This document shows positions 1 through 13,715 of a stretch of DNA of 64,000 nt, in pieces; the stretch's first letter is position 1, and each line of letters begins with the position of its first letter. The stretch lies in NCBI RefSeq assembly GCF_009834535.1, contig NC_045697.1, positions 29,204,001 to 29,268,000 on the forward strand. Reading direction: 5' to 3'. The notes beneath the pieces were generated by a model. That model made no database searches, was not told the DNA's origin, and was given only the letters and a program-made list of their open reading frames with translations. The stretch is from Camelus ferus (taxonomy: Eukaryota). The translations under genes and the position numbers were made by a program.

Positions 1-431
1 CTCTTTGAAAACAGCCCTCTAGTCACCAACCCTGCACTCTCTCTCCTCTTTCCTGTTTTTATTTTTCTTCTATACCTTTATTATTACCTGAAATTATATT
101 ATGTATTCATTTTTTATCAGTTTTTATTATCTCTCTGCCCCAATGAAATGTGAGCTCCATGAGAGAAGGAGCTTTCTCTTCTAAAACAGAGCCAGACACT
201 GGTCAGTACTCATTATGTGAGAAATGAAATATCCCTACTTGGAAAGATAATAAACCCTGATGAAATATGTTCCAACACTCCATCACAATCAACAAATCCT
301 TCCTTAGGTCTCCCTCAAGTCTCTCTTAATTGCAACAAAAGCCCATCTCCTTTACTTGAATCCCAGAGTGATGGACAGGGGTTGACCAACAAGAACCAAC
401 AAGCTGTTAAGTAATTCTTCAGGACCACAGA

Positions 432-592
432 ATTTTCTTTTCTTTCCTTTTTCTAATTTTTAAAATTTTATTTATCTGGGGGGTGGTGATTAGGTTTATT
501 TATTTATTTTTTAGAGGAGGTTCTGGAGATTGAATCCATGACTTCGTGCATGCTAAGCATGCACTCTACCATTTAAGCTATACCCTCCCCCT
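432..592 (-). mobile_element. tRNA-derived SINE, camelid Vic-1-like
   Basis: Reverse complement of the SINE head (gattgaatccatgacttcgtgcatgctaagcatgcactctacc...gctataccctcccc) with T-rich tail; TSD aggaccacaga at 421-431 and 593-603. Confidence 0.9.
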
Positions 593-1599
593 AGGACCAC
601 AGACTTTTGAAGGTAAAATGGGGCCATAGACTCCAGCCCTTTTGTTTTGAAGATAAGTACACAGGCTCAGAGAGGGTAGCTGGATTCTCCAGCTCACAAG
701 GAGACAGTGAACATCAGCAAACACCACGTCACTTAAAGGCTGCAGTGCCCGCCTTATTCATTTCTGCAATCCCAGGACCCAGCACAGTGCCTGGCACAAA
801 GAAGTGCACCTGAGGAACAAGTGTCCCCACTTCTACTCTAAGTGCTCATTCAACTGAGCGGACTTCCTTCCTCTCATCACTGTCCCAACTGTAACTTCCT
901 GTCCGAGAACGATTTCCAGTCACTTGCGTCATGTGTCATCATTTTCTGTCCTCTGTATGTAGGTATATATGACAGCATACCAGGCACAATAGTCTGTCTG
1001 GGGGCTGGTTTGATTCTAACATAATTCAAATAGGCCAGCATGGAAAATACCTAGGAAAAAGTGGGATATGGAAAGAAAACATTAAAAAAAAAAGACAAAA
1101 AGCTGGCAGTGTCCCCGGCCACAGGTGCTGTGACTGTCATGCAAGGCAGGAGCTTTGTCTGGTCCTTATTTGTTGTCCTGCAGCACCTAGCAGTGTGTCT
1201 GGCACACAGTCAAGGCCCATTTGTTGGGAGGGAGAAGAGAGGGAAATGACACTGTAACTTCAGCTTATACTCAGTATACAGTGGCTTTATAATAAAAAAA
1301 CACTTCATGCTAACAGCTCACACTTGCAAGGTGCCTTCAGTTCTTAGCACTTACATACATCTTGTTATTGAATCCTCCCAGGTCATCCACCTTACCTGTA
1401 AGGGAAATGCTAAACCCTGGAAAACAAAGTATTTTTTAGAAGTCATTTAGCAGCCAAATCTAGACTCTAGTCTCTAACAAGACTCTATAGATTTCTATTC
1501 TTCTAGCATATGAGAAGCCACATGTTCTGCTGAAGAAACAGTGATGTGTTTGATTATGGGATGTTGCCCCAGACCCAGCTAGTGGTATGAAGCAATGCA

Positions 1600-1690
1600 G
1601 AGTATATGCAACATACTATCTAAAATCTGAAATATTCTGGATTCCAAAATACATCTGACCCAATAGGTTTCAGGCGAGGACGTCTCAGAT
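1600..1690. mobile_element. MER46C/Tigger-like DNA transposon fragment
   Basis: ctgaaatattctggattccaaaatacatctgacccaataggtttcagg resembles the recalled MER46C terminus. Confidence 0.4.
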
Positions 1691-2419
1691 TCACATTCAG
1701 GCAGAGAAGAAACCTGTCCACAGTTACGCAGGCAGGCTGGGATTCCAATCCAGGCGGCCTGATTCTGCAGGCTGTGCTGGCGGCCATCACATTATCCTGT
1801 CTCTGTAATCAGTGATATCGGTATGATCTGAAAAGCAGTTACTGCCTCAACTATTTTTCTGATGTGGCTCCAGGAAATAGGATTCAGAAAGTGAATGGCG
1901 GTGCCAGACTTATATTGTCATCCATGAAGACTGATTTGGACCACCGGTGATGCCAGCTAAATGGGGGCTCAGGGACAGTAATCCAAGCACAGTGGACTTC
2001 CTGGGAAGTCATGGCCACATTCAGAAAGAGGGAAGACAAAGCTTTTGGTGATCAAAACATTCACCTCCCTGAGCACCTTCCCGAGAGCTTCTGGGAAACC
2101 TTGAGGAAGACCTGCTAGGAATCTGGGATGAGCTTTCCACATGCATTTATAGAATTATTCTATCGAGTGGGATGGGAGAGCTGTGGGTGGGGTGTGAGCG
2201 AGACAATGTGTAAGCAGAAAGGGTGTGTGTGTGTGTGTAAGCATATGCTCATTACAAACAGACTTTTTCCTAATGTCCAGAATGCTGAACAACTATAAAT
2301 TATGTCTCGGCCTTTATTTCTATCCTCTAAACTAATTATTTGTTGAAATTAAAAAATGCAGCTTAATTTGGACCAGCAGTGTCTTCATTTCATCAAAAAG
2401 ATGGCATGAATTCATTTCT

Positions 2420-2722
2420 TCAGATCTCTGTTTAAATGCTACTTCCTCAGGGAAGCCTTCCCCCAAAATACCCCAAATTAGATTGGTTCCCCTCTTTTCA
2501 TGTCTCAGTGTAAGCTTTCCCTCATAGCACACATCACAATCTGTGATAAAATACTTGTGAGTTTATTTGTTCACTGTCTGGCCAGCCCCACCAAACATCT
2601 CCACGAGGGCAGGACCCTTGTCCATTTGCTCCCCTCTGTATGCCCAGCATGTAGCACAGCACCTGACATCTCCTAGTAGCTCAGTCAACCTCTGCTGAAT
2701 AAATGAATGAATGAATGAATGA
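2420..2722 (+). mobile_element. L2 LINE 3' end
   Basis: acttcctcagggaagccttcc...gagggcaggaccc...tagcacagcacctgaca...ending in (tgaa)n, the typical L2 terminus. Confidence 0.85.
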
Positions 2723-5474
2723 GTCTTGAATTTCACACACACACAAAAAAACCCAAGAGCTGGCCAGCACGTCACCAGTAGACACATACGGGGTCTTCTC
2801 CCAACTCCGAATTGTGAAAGCTTTACCGCCCAGGCAGTTCTATTGGGCAATCCATCATACGCTGCCCAGTGACGTGTTCTCTCTTTTTAGGTTGTTTCTT
2901 CACTTTATTATTCTTATTTAACTTTTAACCTGTTTACATCTTATCTCTCAAACTAGATTAGAAGCACATAGAGTGTAAGTTATTCTGCCTCCAAATCGTC
3001 AAGGCTCCCTCACTAGCATTTCACATCTACTCTTCCTATATGGTTGCTTCATTGGGTGCTCAAAACATTGCAGGTGGAAAAACTGAAGACCCCAAGTGCA
3101 GGACGGTGTCTAAAAAAATTGTTTTAATAAGTCAGGAGTGCCCAGGAAGACTGAGCATTGTTTAAATATAAAATACAAGTTCTAACTTTGCTTATGTGAG
3201 TGATCAACATAAGGGCAGAGAAAATCTTAATTCAGCAAAGTTCTTTTTAGTTTCATGAAATATCCCCTCCGCCATTCTTTGGGTCCCACCCAACTTGGGA
3301 AAATTCTTGGTGGTGCAAAAGTAGGATTTTTGTTGTTTTGCTAAGTCAGGCCCTTTATTATAGGGTAGAAAGAACACTTGTTCCTGATTTCTCAATTCCT
3401 CGTTTCTGCTGGTAGCAAAAAATCTGCCCCAGCCCTGACTCTCAAGCACAATAACCACAAATGAAATAGATAACTCGGTGTTCCTTTAAATTTACATATC
3501 TCAAGCAGTTTTTAAATGGTTGTTTTTGTTTTTTGGTCTAATTACTTATGATAGATGTTAGATGGATTAGCAATTAGGTCTGTGAATCATTCACCCCTAG
3601 TCGGGCACTCACTTTCGGCATTATCCTGTTCTCATTTTCTGCCCCGATCCTCATGGAAGCAAAACAGTGAAAAACCAGACCAGTCAGCTGAAACGCTGTT
3701 GTCAAAACACAGCCAAACCACTCAGAATTTTCACAACTCTCAGGCATTTCCTAACACGGCCAGGGTCACTGACAGTAAAAGGTTTCACCAACATCACCTG
3801 TGGAATCTGAACCCACCCCATGAAAGTTGCAGAAAACTCGAAAATGCTTTAAGCACTCACTCAGGTCAGTCTTTAGTATAAAAGGCATACATTTCTGCAT
3901 TGTGATTTTCTCCACTTTCCCGAGGCACAGGTGCTCCCAAGGAGTGAGATTCTCATGGCCCAGCACCTTCTTCCCATCCTTAGATGGTCAACAGAGCTCA
4001 AAGAGTTCTTGCCCGGGTCCATTTTTAAGTCTAATCAGAGCTCACAATATAACCAGTTCCTTGGATGGAACTGACAGATGGCCCGGCTCTCCCTGCTCCT
4101 CCCAGTGCCGCTTTTATGTCACTTGTAAGCCTGAGCAGCGAGGAGGCGGCTCACCTGCCCTTTGAGGTGGTCCTCGCGCATCTCAAGTTGTAGCATATTC
4201 CGTGCATTGTGTTGGTCTATGTCCTTTTTGACAGCTGACCACTACAAGTCAAAAGTTGATGTGGGTCCCTTTTTTTTTTTTCCATTATTTGCCATGTTTT
4301 CCACACCGGCCATGTGCCGGACACTGCATTAAAACAGACCATGTGTCTGGTTTTAACTCTCCCAACAACTAAGCAAAGTGGTAACTGTTAAACTCACTTT
4401 CAGTGAAGGAGACTGAGGCTGTGAGAGATTGTCTTGTTAAAAAAAAAAAAAAAGAAAAAAAGGCTTCTAAGAAGTAGGCTGAGGCTCACACAGGCACCTC
4501 TGTTCTGTGTGGCCCACTGTTGTCTATATCAGTATAACCTAATAAATTCCTTCTTTATTCTCAAAAAAAAAGGTAGGCTGAGACTTAAAACTTGGTCTTT
4601 CTGGCATTATTCTATCATCTTAAAATAATAAATCCTTCCACTAGGAGATGAGAAATCCCTGTCAGTAACAGTCATTAGAGGTCCACAATGCATGGTCCAC
4701 TCAATAACTTGAAACCTGTTTCTTCTACTCTACAATGCACCAACTTTAACATTTTAACATGGCAGATAACCAATGTGTATATTTACTCATTTAAAAGGCT
4801 ATTATTAAATCAGTTGCATGTTTTACCATCTGTACAGTCAGATTACAATTCAGGCAACAAGCCCCCTAAGAGAGAATCTTCAAGATCCACTAGATTTAAA
4901 GATATGCATAATCAATAGAAAGAGACCACTAGTTGGCCTGGCTCCAAGGCTGCAAGATCAATGTGACTAAAGGAAAATTGTGACGATCAGAAGAAGAGGG
5001 GGGCTCCCTTGGGAAACCTAGAAAAAGCTGGACAGGTAAGTTGACTGTTCCCACTGACGTTAGGTTCTCCTGAAGTCACTGGACCTCAGAAGGTTTCCAT
5101 CCCAAAGACAAGATCAACCAACTATTGATCTTGAAACAGACAGAGTTGTGCCAGGCCGGGGTGGAGGGCAGTGGGCATTAAATTTTAAACCCCTTTCCTC
5201 CCCTGCTCTAATTCCATGCTCACTCAGTAGTCTTCCAAAATGATTTGCTTCTCCCTGTCCACCCAGGGTTGAGAGAGGATGTTCTCATTTCCTCAAAGTA
5301 ACTTTATTTCCATCAAAAAACATTGATGGAGGGCCTGCTCTAAGCCACATCTTGCTGTGCTAGATGTTGGCCTAGATCTTCTGCCCTAGCCCTGGAGTAG
5401 GAGAACCTCTCCTCCTCGTGGTGCCCCTCAACGTGCCCCTCTTCTAAAAGGTTGGGGACCACTGCCCTGCAGTA

Positions 5475-5640
5475 GAGTTTCTCAAGCTGGCCCAGTCCCC
5501 TGGAGAGCTTGTTAAAAATTAGATTCCTGACCTTGCCTTGGACTTTCTGCATCTGCACCAAATACTGGAAGGGTTTGAAAATCTCTCATTTTAAACAGCA
5601 TCCTAGTAATTCTATGCATCAGGGAGTTTGTCAGCCACAG
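5475..5640. mobile_element. MER5-family hAT-Charlie MITE
   Basis: gtttctcaagct...cctggagagcttgttaaaa...gattcctg...ttttaaacagcatcctagtaattctatgca. Confidence 0.65.
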
Positions 5641-6512
5641 TTCTCTGGCAATTCATTTAGCTTATTGTGGGTGTAGGCCCAGTAAGAGGCAATATATTTA
5701 ATGCAGTGTGATACACTGGGGATTCAGAGTTTAAAAAATTGTTTTGAGAAATAATAATACCACAACTTTTGTTATCAAACCCAGCCCTTTCCCTCATTCC
5801 TTTGCCCCAAGTCCTACCAAGTAAAGTCCAGAAACTTAGATCCTGTCCCATTGAGATGCCACATGACATAATATTCAGATGATCAGCAAATGTTAGGTAG
5901 CCCAGGCTGATGGTAATATTCTGAACACTAACATAGCCTTTGGCCCAATGGTTTGAGCAAATGAGCACTCAGTACTTTTTTCAATAGCCTGGCCTGCTCC
6001 TTTCCAGGCCAAAGCCTATAGAAGTTTTTACATGCACCCTAATACACTGTTCCTTGCAGTTGATAACATAATTTGCCCCAAAAATGCTTCCTTTCTATTT
6101 ACACCTTAGAAACAAAAATTTGTTTTACTGATAATATATTTTTCCCATACTTCAGTAGTACTGGTTCAATATATAAGGCTGCTCAGAAGTAATATTATTC
6201 TTAAAAGAGACAGTATCAATGAAGAATTCACTCCAAGGGGTGAGAGTTATATCTGGTGGACGTGAGGCTCCAAGTGCCATACCCCCAGAGGGTCAAGTCC
6301 AGTGTAGACAGGCAGTTTAAAATCATCCAGAGTGAACGAATCCATGTGTTATACCAGATGGGTATTCTTCAGCCCTTGCTAAAGTCAAAAGTACATTTTA
6401 ATGTGATTGCAGACCTCTGAGCTATTCACCACTCAACTAGGCTGGCTCCAGATAAATTCTTTTGCTTCATAAATAGCATTTAAACAACAAACACCTTGAT
6501 GATCTGTGGTGC

Positions 6513-6562
6513 TTTTCTTTTTCTTTTCTTTCCTCTTTCTTTCTTTCTCTTTCTTTCTTTCC

Positions 6563-6624
<62 letters not shown>

Positions 6625-6700
6625 CTTTCTCTCTCCCTCTCTCTCTCTCTCTCCCTTTCTCTCTCCTTCCCTTTCTCTCTCCCTCTCTCTATCTTTCTTT
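6513..6700 (+). repeat. (CTTT)n/(CT)n polypyrimidine microsatellite, about 190 bp
   Basis: Directly visible; explains the low-complexity ORFs at 6496 and 6506. Confidence 0.97.
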
Positions 6701-7080
6701 CATGATTAAATGGCTGAAAAAGCTGTAAAAATGCTCTCCAAACTTTGTGGCTGTATTCTGATTATCCTACAGGATCCCCAGGGGGGAAATTCTTAGAATT
6801 ATGCCATCTTAAAACACTGAAATACCTTAGATATTTACTAGTTGATCTAGATAAGAAAACTGAGATTCAGACAGGTAACTTGCGCAAGGTCATATGACCA
6901 GTCAGTGTTGGCTGGCCCAGATCTGGCGCCTCTCCCACTGCATGCATGGTGGTACTCGGAGTGAGTAATGTCCACATGCAGGACCTAACCTCCCACCTGG
7001 TCCACGCTTTGGAATTGCCTAATCCAGAGGGGTAATAAACATTCCTCCTAGCGTGGCTGTGTTACCAAGGCTGCTACTTC

Positions 7081-7208
7081 TTCTTTTTTTTTTTTTTAGG
7101 GGTGAGGTAATTAGGTTTATTTATTTATTTTTAATGGAGGTACTGGGGATTGAACCCAGGACCTTAGGCATGCTAAGCATGCACTCTACTGCTGAGCTAT
7201 ACCCTCCC
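7081..7208 (-). mobile_element. Vic-1-like SINE
   Basis: ggaggtactggggattgaacccaggacc...gagctataccctccc; TSD taccaaggct at 7063-7072 and 7209-7218. Confidence 0.92.
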
Positions 7209-9079
7209 TACCAAGGCTACTTTTTGAAATTAAACAAAAGTGATAGCCCTGCAGTGACGCATCCCCTAGGTACATCCTTCAGGAGGACACATTTACAACT
7301 GGAACTGCCTGGTGAGTTTAAAAGTTATGAAAAATACAAGGTACAGAGGTCATTCCTTTCTATGGACAGCAAGACTGCAATCCCCACGCTGCAGTGAAGT
7401 GTGACCGTTGATTTAGCTCCGGCCCGTGGATGGAAAGGAAATGATGCATGCCATGATGATGTGAGTGTGGACATGGCCCTAAAAATCTACCGGGCACTCC
7501 CCTCTGGGCTCTTTCCTCCTCTGACTGACTGGGATAGCAATGCTCAGGCAACCCTAGATCTCAGTCTGGATCTCCAAATGAGTTCGTGGAGGTGAGTCAC
7601 CCTGCCAACCTGCACACACACCCGGATTGCAAGATCTATACTTCTACTGAGTGATCCACTGACATCTTGGGCTCCACATATTACTGCTAGTCAGCCTATC
7701 CTAACAAATACACAGGGAATCTCTGAAGACTGGGGAAAGTATGGCTTTAAAGTAGGAATAAATAGATAGCACAGGTAACAGATCTACTAGTTTATCATCA
7801 ACCACAAAGCAGCCGGAAGGAATCAACAGGATTTGAGGAAGGAGAAAACATACTGGACAAACTTAGTTTCCTTCTAGAATAAATAAAGAAAAAACCCTAT
7901 CTTGCTTTTAGAAAAGTTCATTTATAAGCTGCTTTTTGAAACACAGAATGCCTTTTCCAAAGAAAGAATGTTAGAAATGATGTTCAAAACCCCAGGCCCT
8001 ACCAAAAAATCTTTTTTGCCCAAATGCAGTAGAAATGATTCTAAAAGTAACAGCAGCCTTGTGGGCCTCCGAGGCCTGAGGATCCTCAGCGGTAGGAGCC
8101 GGTGCGGGGTAGGAGGCGTGGCGGGTGGTAGGAAGGGGCAGAGGATCTTCTAAGCAGAGCCCCAGGGGCTGAAGGCCTGGAAGGAGGGCCCTGGCATGGT
8201 TGGCTTGGGTAGGTTGGGTAGTGAAAGCAGAGACTGGGTAGTAGCTGAGAAAAAACTGTTAGCCTCAGTCTTGGAGAGGGCACAAAATCCATCTGTCCAG
8301 ATGCAACATTCTTCATCCTATACTTTATCAAGGGAGGCCATGAATTCAGCTAAGCTTCCACAGTGTTTCTGATCTGATCCCAAATGGCAGTTTCATTAAT
8401 GAACTGTGAAGTTATTTTCTCATTCATCCTGAGCTGCCCTAGTGATGTTAAGCAGTACTCAGCATGGTACTTGATACTACACGGCAGTATGGTTAAGAGC
8501 CGAGGTACCTCAAGGGCACAAATACAGACCTGTCAGCTGGCCTCTAAGCTGGAGCAGGGTCCTTGATGCCCCCGTTGGACTGGACGTTAACCTTTTACTT
8601 GCTGGCTTATGGGCAGATCTCTTGTGGGGCAGATCTAGAGGTTCCTGGGGAGGGGGCAAGTCAGGCCAGGCTGGTGGGGGTAGGGTCACATGGGAGACTT
8701 GGAACAGTAGCCATCCACCAAGAGGTACAGAGAGATTTCAGTATTTTAACAACCAGCATGGGGAAAACAACAAGCTCTGGAAACAGACCTAGACTCAAAT
8801 CTTAATTCTGTTACAATCCAACTGTGTGAATGTGGGTAATTTATTATCTCCCTACACCCACTCCTCAGTATATACCATCTTCAGAGCAAGCCCAAAGTTC
8901 AGGGATAAGGATAAAAGAAAAATAGAGGATAAGAGATAAGGGTACAGAATGAAAAGGATAAGAGGACAGCAGGAGAGTCAGAGGAGGAAAAAAAAGCAGC
9001 AAAGGGGAACCTGGAGGAGGTCGCCACACACTGAAGAGAACTGGGAATCCCTACTGCCAGTGGTAGGGACCATCAGACC

Positions 9080-9630
9080 AAGTTAGACCTTTGGGTTAGA
9101 GTCCAGTTGTCTTGGTTCAAATCCTAGCTCCATCATCACTAGTTGAGCTACCTTCTGGCTAATAAGTGTAAACTGAGTTAACAGAGGTAAAGTGCTAAGA
9201 ACAGTGCCTACCTGGTAAGGACCACTTACCTTAACTATTCTTTGCTCTTATTAGTCATTGGTGGCACCATGAAAAGAGCACTGGACTCGGAGACATAAAG
9301 CTCTGCCACATCCTGGGGATTTTAAGGAAGTTACTGAAGTGACTGAACCTGAGAGCACGTATCTGTAAAATGAGGGGAGTGCCTCATAGCTAACATGGAT
9401 TGAGCACGCACCTGTTACTGTACCCACTGTAAGTTTTCTCATTTAATGCCCACAATACTTTGATCAAGATTCCATTACTATGCCCATTTTCCAGATGAGG
9501 AAACTATATCTTCAAAAGGTGAAATAAATATCTAGCCCAAGGTCATAAAGCTAGATGGGGCCCAGCCATGACTTCAGGCCAGTTCAGCAAGACACCAGAT
9601 CCTGCTCTCCGAAGCACTGCACTCTGTGGT
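9080..9630. mobile_element. Cluster of three MIR fragments (+ about 9080-9240, + about 9270-9400, - about 9430-9630)
   Basis: ggttcaaatcctagctc, atctgtaaaatgagggg and cccattttccagatgaggaaact MIR core motifs. Confidence 0.75.
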
Positions 9631-9963
9631 CTCGATCAAGCTCCTGTGAAAGCACAGCAAGCGTGCTTGCTGGGCATCACAACAATGCTGTACAGCACAG
9701 CAGACGCATCTGGAGAAAAGACTGCAATCAAATGTCCATAAAAGCCAAAGAAACGTAGGGCTAGCCTAACAGAATCAAGATAAAAGTCAGAGGTTGTCTG
9801 ACGTGACTCGGGATGGGGCAAGACAAGAGACAGACATAAAAGCTAGGGAATCAAGAGGCCATGTGCCTAACATCCCCATATGATTGATAAAGTTATCATG
9901 CTTTATAAATAAGATAATCTAAAATTATTATTTATATATTAAAACATACCTTAACACTGACTT

Positions 9964-10120
9964 TTAAATTTTTTTCTCATTTTTATGTTTATTTCATTTT
10001 GGGGGGAGGGGGAGGTAATTTATTGTGTTTGTTTATTTATTTTTAGAAGAGGTACTGGGGACTGAACCCAGGACCTCGTACACACTAAGCACACTCTACC
10101 ACTTGAGCTATACCCTCCCC
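9964..10120 (-). mobile_element. Vic-1-like SINE
   Basis: SINE head on the minus strand; TSD aacactgactt at 9953-9963 and 10123-10133. Confidence 0.92.
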
Positions 10121-10254
10121 TCAACACTGACTTCTACTGTGATCTCAGAAAATCATTCTAAATTCCTGAAATGAATAAGATTTATACCTGAGAACCCAAC
10201 AACATTCTTTTTTTTAAGGGTTGTTTCTACCATATCCTTCGATAAGGAGACTTA

Positions 10255-12760
10255 ACATCGTAAGATGCCATTTTGAGTTAATGTATAAATTCAATGTGTT
10301 CATCTCTAAAAGAATAGCAATGGAGTGTCTTTGTTTTTTGTTTTTTTTTTTTTTTTAGGAGGGGAGGTTTAGAATTAGATAAGTTGATCCTAAAATTCAT
10401 AACCAGGAAAATTCTGACAGAAGGCTACCAGAACTATCAGATATCAAAACACAGTATAAAGCCTCAATACATAATTAGTTTGATCCAGGAGGAACATAAC
10501 TTAATGCCAGACCTCAGATTATTTCTACAAAAACATCTTCAAAAATAGTCCAGTCAAGGAGAACCAGGTGCATTAAAAAACATGAGTGAGAATCAGCAGA
10601 AATACAGGAAACAAAACTAAACTCACAGGGACTCCAGATATGGAGATTATTAGGCAGAATATAAACAACTATGCTTATTATGCAAAATGCAGTTATTGTC
10701 AAAGGGCTAGTAGACCAACAACTGCCTCCTTAGCACCAATAATGGAAGCCAGAAAATAATAGAAGAACAGCTTCCACGTGCTGGGAAACAAACCAAAACT
10801 ACCAACTTAGGATTCTATTCGCACTGAATATATCTTTCAAAAATGAAGTTCAAAATAATGACATAGTCAGTGAAATGAATACTGAGAGTCTGCTGCAAGT
10901 AGACTGCCACCAAAGGATGCTCTTTAAGCAGAAGGAAAATGGCACAAGATGGAAAGAGAATACAAGCTAGAATGAGGAATAATTTTTTTAAATGGTGAAT
11001 TTAAACCAACATCAATTACATAAAACAATCATGATAATGTCCTATGGAGCTCTAATATAAAAAATTTTAATAAATTAAAAATACTAAACAGAATTAAAGT
11101 ACACAACAACAGTAGTACATAAGTCAGAAAGTGGGTAAATGGATTTAAAAGCTGTCTAGTAACATAGCATGGATGCTAGAAATGTTTTTTAAAAGATAGA
11201 CTTCCAAATTAAAAAAGGGGAAATGGAACGATAAAACAGACACCTATATACAAAAATCAAATACTGGTACATAAGTAGTCAGAGCAATGAAATAGACTAG
11301 AAAATCCAGAAATATATCCAGGTCCATATGGGAATTTATTAGACAACAGAAGGGGCATCTCATACCAGTGGAGACAGGGACTATTCAACAAATAGTCTAG
11401 GTGTTGGGACATCTAGATTTCACTTAGAAAAAACAAAATTGGATATCACATCACATAACACGATAAATTCCTAATGGATCAACTATTTGAACGTGAAAAA
11501 TTAAACCATAAAAATTCTACAAGAAAACGTGGGAGAATTCTTTTTATAACCTTGAAACAAGAAAGATCTTTCACTATGACTTATAAACCAAAAGCCATAA
11601 ATTAAAGACTGATAAATTCAACTACATACAAAATATGTTTAAACCACAAACAGAATAAAAAGAAAATGATCAACAGGAAAATGTCCACAATTTACATCAC
11701 AAAGAGCTCATTTCTACAATTACAAAGCAATGAGAAAACAAATAATACAAATCAATGAGAAAATGAACAATAAACCAATAGAAAAACGGGCAGGGGATGG
11801 ATGGAGTTGACAGAGTACAAATGACCTTTAACTTGTATGAAAATATACAAGTTGAAAATACACTAAAATATCATTTCTCATGTATCAGATTGGCAAAAAT
11901 CCAAAGGTTTGATAGAAACATATTTACATACTATGTTGGCAAGGCTGTGGGGAAATTGGTACTCTCATACATTTCTCATGAGAGTACATACTGACATCCC
12001 TACACTTATCTATCATATTATATATCTATTATAACGGAAGTAATTCTACTTTGGAGAATTTTTCCTGCAGATAGATTTTATGCCTGTAAAATGACATGTG
12101 TACAAATACTTTATTTCAGCATTGTTTTTAATGGCAAAAGACTGGAAACCAATCAAATGTCCATCAACAGGGGACTAGCTAAATAGATTAAGGTAAATCC
12201 ATACAATGGAATACTAGTCTCTGGTTTTTAAAGTCAGTGTGGAAGCTCTCAAGATACCAGATATCAAGAGATCTCCAAAATGTATTGCTAAGTGAAGAAA
12301 AACAATAATCTACCTTTTGTGGGAAAAGGGAGTGGATCCTATAAGTCTATCTGTTTCTATAACATAAAGAAATCCCTAAAGGACAGATAACAAGCCAAGA
12401 CAGCTGATATAAACACCTAGTTTACTTGGGTTAAACAATAATGAAAAAGTGCTGTGTCTTTATTATAATGCATTCTTTGTTAACTTAATTCTCCTATGAA
12501 ACTCCTTATTTATTTAAGTACAATATATTAAAATTCACCACAAAATTGTGGAAGTGTTTTCTATCCCTAGCGAGAATGGAACAGAAGAGTTAACCTGATA
12601 AACATATATTATATGCATTTTTAAAAGACATATAATTCCAAAAACATTATCTGCATTATCTTTGAGTTGTGGGTTTACAGATGATTTTTATTTTCTCCTT
12701 TGTGCTCTTTCCTGCTTCTCTCTCAGCCTGTTTTATTTTTATAATTAGATTAAAATTTAT
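10255..12760 (+). mobile_element. Old L1M (L1MC/L1ME-type) fragments: ORF2 3' part and 3' UTR, with an ORF1-like segment at about 10500-11250
   Basis: A-rich; decayed ORF2 motifs (ataagttgatcctaaaattcata, actattcaacaaat, aaatgtccatcaacaggggac, ccatacaatggaatacta); ORF1-like atggaagccagaaaa...tatctttcaaaaatgaag. Confidence 0.8.
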
Positions 12761-13584
12761 TCCAATAAAGTAAATATCATAAAGAGGAAGTTGTCTTCAG
12801 TGGTTAAGAAAAGGAAGAAATTTTGAGTTAGAGGGTAATTAAAACCTGGAACAGTTAACTAATAAAGATAATTGGAATTTCCATGTCTGCAAAACTTTAC
12901 AAAAATAGTACTAGACATCTTTGGTTTAAATAATCGTTTGTTAAAGCCAAAAGGTGGATCAGGTGACCTTTTGCAACAAAGATGTCATAGCAACTAAAGA
13001 GCAGTGTTTAGAATCTTTTCTCATTTAAGTAATTAGAAAGGAGACTGATTAAACAGATAAAGAATCTAGATTGCATAAACGGTCTTCAGTTCTGCAGCCC
13101 CTCTGCAAGAGTTGTGACTTACTAGGCTTTTGAGATTTAAAGTCTTCTCCAAGGATGTAATAAAATCCTCCAAAAATTTTTACATTGAATATAATTTCAT
13201 TACTTCATGAATGGCTGGGGCTAAGAAACCTTGAAGACTTTTATTTCTTGATTCCAGTAAACCTCAAAAGACCCTACTGAGACAAAAGAAGAAGTTAAGG
13301 CAACAAAGAATTTCCACAGATTCTAAAAAAAACTCAATGGAATGACTCCTTCCAGTCTGCTAGACAGACTTGTGTTCTATAGGTATGTTTTAGAATTTCG
13401 TGAGTAATCACATGATCACAGGTGATGGGAGGAGAGAAGAAAACAGCAAGGCAGCTATCAAAATATTGGGAGAGGCAAAACTGGAGGGAGTGAACAAAAA
13501 ACTAAGAGAAAATTTAAAAGGTTACAAAGATGATCAGGTAGTCATTTTTTCCTAAAATGTGAGCGCTGTCATGGACCTCAGAGC

Positions 13585-13715
13585 AATGGTCCTCAACTGA
13601 CGCCATTTTGCCCCAACTCCAGAAGTTACTAGGCAATGCTGGTATCCAGTGGGTAGAGCATCCAGGGATACTGCTAAACATTCTACAGTGCACTGGACAA
13701 CAGTCCACAACAATG
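13585..13715 (+). mobile_element. MER20 (hAT-Charlie) partial
   Basis: caatggtcctcaac...ttttgcccc...ccagtgggtagag...gggatactgctaaacattctacagtgcac. Confidence 0.8.

Noticed and set aside
7053..7397. Recurring peptide MEVLGIEPRTL(C/G)MLS in ORFs at 7053, 25818, 44670, 57216 and 60052, resembling a gene family
   Set aside because: It is the antisense translation of the SINE head, not a protein family
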